Positions 1-6,851 of a DNA stretch of 23,036 nucleotides are shown here, one piece after another. This DNA comes from Pedosphaera sp. GTDB lineage: Bacteria; Verrucomicrobiota; Verrucomicrobiia; Limisphaerales; SIBH01. The notes beneath the pieces were generated by a model. It was not told the DNA's origin. It did not search any database and was given only the letters and a program-made list of their open reading frames with translations. The DNA lies in NCBI GenBank assembly GCA_031414955.1, contig JANOQV010000115.1, positions 1 through 23,036 of the forward strand. The letters run 5' to 3'. The position numbers were made by a program, and so were the translations under genes. Numbering within the stretch: position 1 is the first letter of the stretch; the number at the start of each line of letters is the position of its first letter.

Positions 1-123
1 GAGCAGCTTGGCGTGGCCTTTGGGGTTGTTGTCCAGGACGTGGTGGACGTTCTGGAGGTGGAGTTGGAGGGTGGCCTTGGCGATGTCCAGGCCGGCATAG
101 ACGGTCGGTTTGTTTTCGTTCAT
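1..123 (-). CDS. IS110-family transposase/recombinase, N-terminal 41 aa (runs off the window edge)
   Basis: ATG at 123..121 opens MNENKPTVYAGLDIAKATLQLHLQNVHHVLDNNPKGHAKLL with no stop before base 1. 'YAGLDIAK' matches the G-x-D-x-x-K first-catalytic-Asp motif of the DEDD RuvC-like domain of IS110 enzymes, and 'NNPKGHAKLL' resembles the usual N-x-x-x-G helix start. Absent from the ORF track because it is truncated. Confidence 0.9.
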   Translation of the reverse strand, partial: MNENKPTVYAGLDIAKATLQLHLQNVHHVLDNNPKGHAKLL

Positions 124-360
124 GGTTTTACGGGTGTTCGAGCTCTGACTTGCACATTCGAGCGCGGCGCGCCGGAGGGCGGGACGGCTCCATCAACGGT
201 TCGAGTACGGACACGAAGGCCCGGGCGGCTCTGGCTCCCCAACGAACGCGGAAGCGTTCCAGAGGGCAACGAGCGCGCCCGCGCCGCCGCCTTCCCCCCT
301 GCAGGGGGGAAGGCGGCCCCATCTTCCCGTCCGGCTTTCAGCCGGACAAGGAGGATGGAA
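124..360 (-). ncRNA. Putative bridge RNA (target-binding loop ~280..223, donor-binding loop ~206..142, two 5' hairpins)
   Basis: Target loop: outer stem 223-231/271-280, inner hairpin GAACGC-4nt-GCGTTC at 244-259, single-stranded guides TTGCCCTCT (269..261) and TTGGGGAG (242..235). Donor loop: inner stem GAGC/GCTC (160-163/187-190), guides ACCGTTG (200..194) and GTGCAAG (155..149). The last is complementary to the element's own end CTTGTAT with two G-T wobbles. Transcript ends are approximate. Confidence 0.75.
286..317. repeat. Perfect 32-bp palindrome inside the IS leader
   Basis: GCCGCCTTCCCCCCTG|CAGGGGGGAAGGCGGC is exactly self-complementary. Confidence 0.95.
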
Positions 361-363
361 AGC

Positions 364-369
364 AACATA
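364..369 (-). promoter_or_regulatory. Candidate -10 box (TATGTT) of a junction promoter completed on IS circularisation
   Basis: TAnnnT hexamer just inside the CT core. IS110 circles are known to join a -35 from the right end to a -10 in the left end. The right end is outside the window. Confidence 0.45.
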
Positions 370-395
370 CAAGAGGAGGCACGTTTTGCTCAGGA

Positions 396-446
396 TTCCC
401 CTCTCCCTGACCCTCTCTCCGCTCCTTCGTCGTGGGGAGAGGGGAC
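396..446. repeat. REP-like palindrome of the CCCTCTCCC...GGGAGAGGG type
   Basis: TCCCCTCTCCC (397-407) is the reverse complement of GGGAGAGGGGA (435-445). A second pyrimidine arm, CCCTCTCTCC (411-420), can pair with the same purine arm. It resembles a dispersed extragenic repeat common in GC-rich bacteria; copy number cannot be seen from this window. Confidence 0.7.
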
Positions 447-457
447 TTGTGTAGATA

Positions 458-504
458 CCTATGGCTCACGCCGTGGGCTACGCTCTGTCGCGCCTCCGGC
501 GCTG
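458..504. repeat. Second REP-like unit (double hairpin)
   Basis: CCTATGGC-tcac-GCCGTGGG (458-477, two G-T pairs), then GCGCC-tcc-GGCGC (490-502). It looks like a decayed copy of a 'cccacggctcacgccgtgggcta...' repeat type recalled from PVC/Acidobacteria genomes. Confidence 0.55.
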
Positions 505-644
505 GGGGACGAGCCGTCCGCGCCTTCCAGTAACAGGGTCAAGATGCACCCGGCCTGGTCAGACCACTCCATTCAACGACCTGTGGAAAATTACCGAATG
601 GAAGGCGTGCGCCTCGCGTCGGCTAACAGAACCAAACGCAGCCG

Positions 645-3308
645 ATGTTCCGGTTACAAACCAAAAGCCAGCCCACCGCCCGCACCCTGAGTGCGGTGCT
701 GCTGCTCTGCGCTCTCGTGTCCGGGTTTGCCGCCGCGAAGCCGAAGGTTGCCAGCCTGGTTGTGCAGCCTGCGCGCATTGAACTCACCGGCGCCCTGGAC
801 GAACACGGCCTGTTGGTCATGGCGCTCACCGCCAACGGCGAATCGCTGGATGCCACCAAGCTGGCCGGGTTCACTTCCTCGAATCCAAAGGTCGTCACGG
901 TCTCGTCCGCAGGAATCTGCCAGCCGCGTTCAGATGGAATTGCGGACGTGCGGGTGAGCTACGGCGGGAAAACAGCGCGCATCGCCATCGTGGTCACGAA
1001 CAGTGCAGTCAAACCGACGCCGTCTTTTCGCCAGGATGTTTTGCCCGTGCTGACGAAGACCGGATGCAACGCCGGGGCCTGCCACGGCAAGCTGGCCGGG
1101 CAGAACAGTTTCAAGCTCTCGCTGCGCGGTTACGCGCCGGAATGGGACATCGACTGGCTGGGCAAGGAGCTTCGCAGCCGGCGCATTGATTACGCCTTTC
1201 CCGAGGAGAGCCTGCTCATCCAGAAGCCGCTGGGCCGCGTGCCGCACGAGGGCGGCGTGCGCTTCGCCGAGGGGTCGCGCTATCACCGCGCGCTGGTGGA
1301 TTGGATCCAGGCCCGCGCGCCCGGCTCGGACACAAATGAAACGGACGCCGTGCGCATCGAGGTGCTGCCGGGAAACCGCACGATGAAGCCGGGCGAGACG
1401 CAGCAATTGCTGGTGCGGGCGCATTACCGTGAGGGCCGGACGCGCGACGTGACGTGGCTCACGCAGTTCTTCGCCAATGATGAAGCGACGCTGACGGTGA
1501 CACCGGAGGGCGTGGTCAAGGCGCTGCGCTCGGGGGAAACGGCCGTGCGCGCCCATTTCCAGGGACAGGTCGAAGTGGTGATGTTCACCATGCCCTACAC
1601 GAACAAGGTTTCGGCGGGCGTGTTCGCGGCGAAGAACAACGCCATCGACGCGCCCGTGATGGCGAAGCTCCAGGCGTTGCGCATCCCGCCGTCCGCGCCT
1701 TGCGATGACAACACCTTTATCCGACGCGCCACGCTCGACGCCACGGGCACCCTGCCCTCCCCGGACGAGGTGCGCGCCTTTCTCGCCGACAGACGCGCCG
1801 ACAAACGCGCGCGGTTGGTGGATGCCCTGCTGCAACGGCCCGAATTCACCGACTACTGGACGTTGCAACTCGCCGACCTGTTGCAGAACCGCAAGGAGCG
1901 CGACCACGACGTGCGCGGAACCAAAGGCGTACGCTCATTCCATGCGTGGCTGCGCGCGCAGGTGGCCACAAACCGTCCGTGGAACGAACTGGCGCGCGAT
2001 GTCATCACGGCGACGGGCGATTGCGTGACGCACCCGGAAGTCGGCTATGCCATCACGCTCATCGGCGAGAAGAAGGCCGAGGAATCAGAGCTTACCGACA
2101 GCGTGGCGCAGGCGTTTCTCGGCAGTCGCATCGGCTGCGCGAAGTGCCACAACCATCCGCTGGAGAAATACACCCAGGACGATTACTACCACTTCGCGGC
2201 GTTCTTCTCGCGCGTCTCGCTCAAGCGCGTGGACCCGGCCGACGGTGCCACGGCCTTGCTCCCCGAGACGAAGGACGAGACGGAGCAGAAGAAGAAACTC
2301 GCCGAGATGGAGAAGGCGCTGGACGAACTGGAACCCACGCTGGAGAAAGTGTACGGCGACGAATTGGAGACCGCGAAGAAGAAAGTGACCGATCAGAAGA
2401 AGAAACTCGACGAGGCCACCAAGCGCCTGGCCCAAATCAAGACCGAGAAGAAGCCCGGCGCGCTCCAGCCACGCACCAAGAAGATGATGGCGCCGCAGCC
2501 GCTCGACCGCTCAACGGTGGAGACTACCGGCGGCGAAGACCCGCGTGCGCAACTCGCCCAATGGATCACCGACCCGCAGAACAAGCACTTCAGCGGCGCG
2601 ATGGTAAACCGGCTCTGGAAGCATTTCCTGGGCGTGGGATTGGTCGAGCCGGTGGACGATCTGCGCGCCAGCAATCCGCCGACCAACCCCGAGTTGTGGG
2701 ACGTGTTAAACCGCGAGTTCGTGACGCACGGCTACGATCTGAAGCATGTCATGCGACTGATTCTGAATTCCCGCACCTACCAGATCAGCTCGGACACGCT
2801 GCCGGGCAACCAACTGGATCGGAAGTTCCACTCGCACTATTACGCGCGCCGCCTGCCGTCCGAAGTCATCAGCGACGCCATCAGCGCAGCGACGGACGTG
2901 CCGGATGAATTCAAGGGCTATCCCATCGGCACGCGCGCGGTGCAACTACCCGAGCCGGGCGTGGCGTCGTATTTCCTCACGCTCTTTGGGCGTTCCGATC
3001 GCGTGACAGCCTGCGCCTGCGAGCGCAACGGCGAAGTCACCCTGCCCCAGTTGTTGAACCTCCAAAACGGCGATGATCTCTCGAAGAAGTTCCGCGACGA
3101 GAGCGGGCGGCTCGCCGCTTTGCTCAAGGCGGGCGATGACAAGATGCTCACCGAGGAACTCTTTCTGGCCACGGTGGCGCGTGCGCCGCGCGCCAGTGAA
3201 TTGGCCGAGGTTCAGCGCAGCCTCGCGGACGGTGGCACTCGCGAGGAGGTTTACCGTGATCTGTTTTGGGCGTTGCTCAACTCGAAGGAGTTCGCCTTCA
3301 ATCACTGA
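645..3308 (+). CDS. DUF1549/DUF1553 (PSCyt2/PSD1) domain protein with Ig-like (Big_2-type) domains, secreted, 887 aa
   Basis: Signal-peptide-like N-terminus (LSAVLLLCALVSGFAAA). Family motifs: 'SFRQDVLPVLTKTGCNAGACHG', 'NNAIDAPV..KL..L.IPPS..CDD.TFIRRATLD.TG.LP', 'AQAFLG.RIGCAKCHNHP', 'VNRLWKHFLG.GLVEPVDD', 'P.NPEL', 'ILNSRTYQ', 'CACER', 'DLFWALLNSKEFAFNH'. Confidence 0.92.
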   Translation: MFRLQTKSQPTARTLSAVLLLCALVSGFAAAKPKVASLVVQPARIELTGALDEHGLLVMALTANGESLDATKLAGFTSSNPKVVTVSSAGICQPRSDGIADVRVSYGGKTARIAIVVTNSAVKPTPSFRQDVLPVLTKTGCNAGACHGKLAGQNSFKLSLRGYAPEWDIDWLGKELRSRRIDYAFPEESLLIQKPLGRVPHEGGVRFAEGSRYHRALVDWIQARAPGSDTNETDAVRIEVLPGNRTMKPGETQQLLVRAHYREGRTRDVTWLTQFFANDEATLTVTPEGVVKALRSGETAVRAHFQGQVEVVMFTMPYTNKVSAGVFAAKNNAIDAPVMAKLQALRIPPSAPCDDNTFIRRATLDATGTLPSPDEVRAFLADRRADKRARLVDALLQRPEFTDYWTLQLADLLQNRKERDHDVRGTKGVRSFHAWLRAQVATNRPWNELARDVITATGDCVTHPEVGYAITLIGEKKAEESELTDSVAQAFLGSRIGCAKCHNHPLEKYTQDDYYHFAAFFSRVSLKRVDPADGATALLPETKDETEQKKKLAEMEKALDELEPTLEKVYGDELETAKKKVTDQKKKLDEATKRLAQIKTEKKPGALQPRTKKMMAPQPLDRSTVETTGGEDPRAQLAQWITDPQNKHFSGAMVNRLWKHFLGVGLVEPVDDLRASNPPTNPELWDVLNREFVTHGYDLKHVMRLILNSRTYQISSDTLPGNQLDRKFHSHYYARRLPSEVISDAISAATDVPDEFKGYPIGTRAVQLPEPGVASYFLTLFGRSDRVTACACERNGEVTLPQLLNLQNGDDLSKKFRDESGRLAALLKAGDDKMLTEELFLATVARAPRASELAEVQRSLADGGTREEVYRDLFWALLNSKEFAFNH

Positions 3309-3311
3309 GCC

Positions 3312-4583
3312 ATGACCCATTGCTCCTTGCCGTTGCCAATGCTGCTCCTCGTGCTTTGCGCCCAGGCCATCGCTCTCGCCGCTGCGAATCAAACCGAGTT
3401 CAAGTTCGACTTCGGTTCCGGCCAGGCGGCGACGGGATGGACCAAGGTTCCGCCAACCGCGAAGCACACCAAGGAGTCAGGCTACGGCTTTGATTTGGAT
3501 TCTAAAGCGGACGCAATCAGCCGGGGAGGGAAGGATGCCCTGCGCGGTGATTTCGTCACGAGCGCAAGGCCGTTCTTCTTTTCCGTCACGGTTCCGGAAG
3601 GCAATTACAACGTGACCATCACGCTCGGCGATGCGGAGGGCGAGTCGAGCATGACGGTGAAGGCGGAGTCGCGCCGGCTGATGCTGGAGAACGTAAAGAC
3701 GGCGCGCGGCCAGTTCCAGACACGCACCTTCACGGTCAACGTCCGCACGCCGAAGATTTCCACCGGCGGGGCGGTGAAGCTCAAGGAGCGCGAGCGCGAC
3801 GTGCTGCACTGGGATGACAAGCTGACGCTGGAGTTCAACGGCGCGCGTCCGTGCGTGGCGGGACTGGAGATCAAACGCGTCGAGGATGCGACGACGGTCT
3901 TTCTCATTGGTGATTCCACCGTGACCGATCAGCCGCGTGAGCCGTGGAACAGTTGGGGCCAGATGTTGACGCGCTTCCTCAAGGCCGGCGTGGCGGTCGC
4001 GAATCACGCTGAGTCCGGCGAGTCGATTCGCAGTTCACTCGGCGCGCATCGGCTGGACAAGGTGTATGCGGAGATGAGGAAGGGCGATTACGTCCTCGCC
4101 CAGTTCGGTCACAACGATATGAAGTCGCGGGACGCGAACGCGCTGGCGACTTACAAATCCGACCTCAAGCAGATCGTGGCGAACGTGCGGCAGCGCGGCG
4201 GCACGCCGGTGATTATCACTTCGATGGAACGCAAGGCCGGCGTGGAGCGCGACACACTCGCGGGCTACCCCAACGCCGTGCGCGAAGTGGCCAAGGAAGA
4301 CGGCGTGGCCCTCATCGATCTGCACGCCACAAGCAAGGTGCTCTACAAGGCGTTGGGCACAAACCTGGGCGCGGCCTTTCAAGACGGCACGCATCACAAC
4401 AATTACGGCAGCTATGAACTGGCCAGGTGTATCGCGGAGGGCATCAAGGCGAACAAGTTGGGGCTGGTGAAGTTTCTTGCGGACGATGTGCCACCCTTCG
4501 ATCCGGCGCATCCTGATGCGGTGGAAACCTTTGGCGTGCCGGCCAGTCCGCTGGAATCCACAGTGAAGCCGGATGGCAACTGA
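3312..4583 (+). CDS. Rhamnogalacturonan acetylesterase-like SGNH hydrolase (CE12) with N-terminal beta-sandwich, secreted, 423 aa
   Basis: Signal peptide, then an N-terminal 'FKFDFG...GYGF...FSVTVPEGNYNVTITLGD' domain. SGNH blocks: IGDSTV (catalytic Ser), SWGQ, NHAESGES, QFGHND, DGTHH (Asp-x-x-His). Starts 3 nt after the upstream stop. Confidence 0.88.
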   Translation: MTHCSLPLPMLLLVLCAQAIALAAANQTEFKFDFGSGQAATGWTKVPPTAKHTKESGYGFDLDSKADAISRGGKDALRGDFVTSARPFFFSVTVPEGNYNVTITLGDAEGESSMTVKAESRRLMLENVKTARGQFQTRTFTVNVRTPKISTGGAVKLKERERDVLHWDDKLTLEFNGARPCVAGLEIKRVEDATTVFLIGDSTVTDQPREPWNSWGQMLTRFLKAGVAVANHAESGESIRSSLGAHRLDKVYAEMRKGDYVLAQFGHNDMKSRDANALATYKSDLKQIVANVRQRGGTPVIITSMERKAGVERDTLAGYPNAVREVAKEDGVALIDLHATSKVLYKALGTNLGAAFQDGTHHNNYGSYELARCIAEGIKANKLGLVKFLADDVPPFDPAHPDAVETFGVPASPLESTVKPDGN

Positions 4584-4654
4584 GAGAAGAGAGTTGAATC
4601 AGTCCAAAATGTCGCCGTCCAAAACCGCGACGCACGGCAGATGAACAGCAAGTT

Positions 4655-5986
4655 ATGATCGACATATCACTCAGCGCGAAGAAGAGCCAGTTCTGCAACG
4701 GCTGGTCGCGGCGTGATTTCATCCGCGTGGGCGCGCTGGCGCCGTTTGGTCTTTCGCTCGGGCAGGCGCTCGCACTGGAAAAGTCATCCTTCCCGGCCCG
4801 CTCGAAGAACGCGCGCGCCAAGTCGGTCATCCTGGTCTTCCTCGGCGGCGGCATTTCGCATCACGACACGTTTGATCTGAAGCCCGACGCGCTGGAGGAA
4901 ATTCGCGGCAAGTACAAAGGCATTCCGAGCAAGATCACCGGGCTGCAAGTCGGCGAGTTGCTGCCCAAGCTGGCCGGCACGATGGACAAGCTGTGCCTCG
5001 TCCGCTCGCAGCAACACGGCAATGATCACCACGAGACGGCGACGAACTGGGTGCTGTCGGGCAAGTTTGGTTCGCCGTTCGGTGATCATCCCGCCATGGG
5101 CGCGGTCGTCGCGCAGCAGACGGGCTTCCAGGGAATTCTTCCGCCTTACGTGGCGGTGCCGCGCAACCCGTCGTTCACTTGGGAGTTGGGCAAGAGCGCG
5201 TGGCTGGGCGGGCGCTATGAGTCATTCAAAGGCGGCGATCCGAATGCGAAAGATTTCAAGGTACGCGACCTCACGCTGCCCAAGGACAGGACGGCGAAGA
5301 CGCTGGAACGGCGCGCGTCGCTGTTGAAGGCGGTGGATTCGCTGGCGGCCCGCGTGGAAGGCAACGACCAGATCGCCACCTACGATGAGTTTCACCAAAA
5401 GGCGGCGCAGATGGTGTTGTCGCCCGAGGCGCAATCGGCCTTCGACATCGACAAGGAATCGGAGAAGCTGCGCGACACCTACGGGCGGCACGAGTTCGGA
5501 CAGAGCTGCCTGCTCGCGCGTCGACTCGTCGAGAAGGGCGTGCGCTTCGTGACCGTGAATTACGCGGGCTGGGATCATCACGCGAAGATTTTCGAGAGCC
5601 TGGATAAGAAGCTGCCCCAGTTCGACCAAGGGTTCGCCGCGCTGATCAACGACATGACGGAGCGCGGCTCGCTCAATGACACGCTCGTGGTCTGCATGGG
5701 GGAATTTGGCCGCACGCCCAAGGTCAACAAGGACGCCGGGCGCGATCACTGGGGCCACGCGGGCGTGATGCTTTTCGCGGGAGCGGGGGTGCGCGGCGGC
5801 AAAATCATCGGCGCGACGGACAAGACGGGCAGCCAGGTGATCGACCGTCCGGTGCGGCCCGAGGATGTGTGCTGCACGGTGTACGAGGCGCTCGGCATCG
5901 ATCCGCACAAGGAACTCCGCACGCCGGAAGGCCGGCCCGTTTCGATTCTTGATCAAGGCGCGACGATTCATGAGCTTTACTCGTAG
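4655..5986 (+). CDS. DUF1501 domain protein (alkaline-phosphatase/sulfatase-like fold), twin-arginine N-terminus, 443 aa
   Basis: 'FCNGWSRRDFIRVG' Tat-like motif. Family motifs: 'KSVILVFLGGGISHHDTFDLKP', 'FGQSCLLARRLVEKGVRFV', 'GWDHH', 'GEFGRTP', 'GRDHW', 'GATD'. Confidence 0.93.
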   Translation: MIDISLSAKKSQFCNGWSRRDFIRVGALAPFGLSLGQALALEKSSFPARSKNARAKSVILVFLGGGISHHDTFDLKPDALEEIRGKYKGIPSKITGLQVGELLPKLAGTMDKLCLVRSQQHGNDHHETATNWVLSGKFGSPFGDHPAMGAVVAQQTGFQGILPPYVAVPRNPSFTWELGKSAWLGGRYESFKGGDPNAKDFKVRDLTLPKDRTAKTLERRASLLKAVDSLAARVEGNDQIATYDEFHQKAAQMVLSPEAQSAFDIDKESEKLRDTYGRHEFGQSCLLARRLVEKGVRFVTVNYAGWDHHAKIFESLDKKLPQFDQGFAALINDMTERGSLNDTLVVCMGEFGRTPKVNKDAGRDHWGHAGVMLFAGAGVRGGKIIGATDKTGSQVIDRPVRPEDVCCTVYEALGIDPHKELRTPEGRPVSILDQGATIHELYS

Positions 5987-6746
5987 GCGGCCGCTTCTTG
6001 CGCTGGCCGTGGCGTTGGTCGCCCACGTCCATTCCGCAGAGAAGAAGGACGAGAAGACCAACGAGCTTCCGAGAATCACAATGGCCCTGCCCTTTGCCGT
6101 CGTGGCCGGGGAAACGAACCAGATCATCATTCGTGGAACATCCCTGACGAATGCGACCGCGATTCGCTTTCCCTCGTCAGAGCAGAAGCCCGTGGTGGAA
6201 ATCAGCGCGCGCGGCAAGGCCAGCGTTCCCGACAAAGGCGACCCGAAAAAACTCGGCGGCACCCAACTGGACGTGCGGTTGTGGCTGCCGTCGGATTTCG
6301 CACCGGGCGATCTGCCCTTCGTGGTGAGCACACCCGAAGGCGAAACGAACACGAACCTGCTTCAGGTCGTGGCCAAGACGCTGCTACTCGACGAGCAGGA
6401 ACCCAATCCCGGTTTCCGCAAGGCGAACCCAGTCGGTGTGCCGCAGGTTATCCGCGGGGTCATCGGGGAAGCCAGCGATGTGGATGTGTTTAGCTTTAAG
6501 GGCAGGGCCGGACAGCGGGTTACCATCACCACGAAATCAACACGCTACGGTTCATCGCTCGATCCGATTCTGAATCTCTACGACGCGAAGGGCCATGTGC
6601 TGGCCACAAGTGATGACGCCATGGGATCAGAGGCGCGCATCACGGCGGTGTTGCCGCGCGAGGAGAACTATTTCTTCGCCATCAACGACGCACACGATCA
6701 CGGCGGTGCGACCCATGCCTATCTGGCGGAAATCCGGAATGAGTGA
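5970..6746 (+). CDS. Pre-peptidase C-terminal (PPC) domain protein, secreted, ~258 aa
   Basis: I moved the start to the in-frame ATG at 5970 (MSFTRRRPLLALAVALVAHVHSA, a signal peptide; overlaps the DUF1501 gene by 17 nt). It has an IPT-like N-domain, then 'EQEPN', 'G.I....DVDVFSFKGRAGQ', 'LDPILNLYDAKG..LA..DD', which are typical PPC motifs and typical of DUF1501/DUF1553 neighbours. Confidence 0.82.
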   Translation: MSFTRRRPLLALAVALVAHVHSAEKKDEKTNELPRITMALPFAVVAGETNQIIIRGTSLTNATAIRFPSSEQKPVVEISARGKASVPDKGDPKKLGGTQLDVRLWLPSDFAPGDLPFVVSTPEGETNTNLLQVVAKTLLLDEQEPNPGFRKANPVGVPQVIRGVIGEASDVDVFSFKGRAGQRVTITTKSTRYGSSLDPILNLYDAKGHVLATSDDAMGSEARITAVLPREENYFFAINDAHDHGGATHAYLAEIRNE

Positions 6747-6851
6747 CTGGCCGGTGGAGTTGAGACGCGGCGGTTCGATCCGCCGGATTGCGTATCGAAA
6801 GGCACTTGGAATTCACGACGGGCGGGGCAAGCAAGGCGGAAACTGCCGGCC

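Larger units (their letters stand above)
1..373 (-). mobile_element. IS110-group (IS621-like) insertion sequence: left end plus start of recombinase (partial)
   Basis: Minus strand reads ...GTGCCTCCT-CT-TGTATGTT at 382..364. CT+TGTAT is the core plus right-donor arm I recall for the IS621 donor (ACAGTAT-CT-TGTAT). It is followed by ~250 nt of structured non-coding DNA and then the transposase ATG. Confidence 0.82.

Noticed and set aside
120..368. 82-aa minus-strand ORF whose TGA overlaps the transposase ATG (ATGA), suggesting translational coupling
   Set aside because: Its ATG lies inside the presumed -10 box at the IS end, so it would not be in the transcript. It spans the structured RNA, and a stop-free 250 nt is unremarkable at this GC content.
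13..690. 225-aa plus-strand ORF (and the 150..410 and 461..781 ORFs)
   Set aside because: Antisense to the IS110 start and running through hairpins and REP-like units. The translation is low-complexity with no recognisable motif.
6768..6785. CGGCGG-TTCGAT-CCGCCG hairpin resembling a tRNA T-arm or att-site remnant
   Set aside because: The loop is 6 nt rather than 7, with no acceptor, D or anticodon arms and no CCA. It also lacks a U-tract, so it is not called as a terminator.
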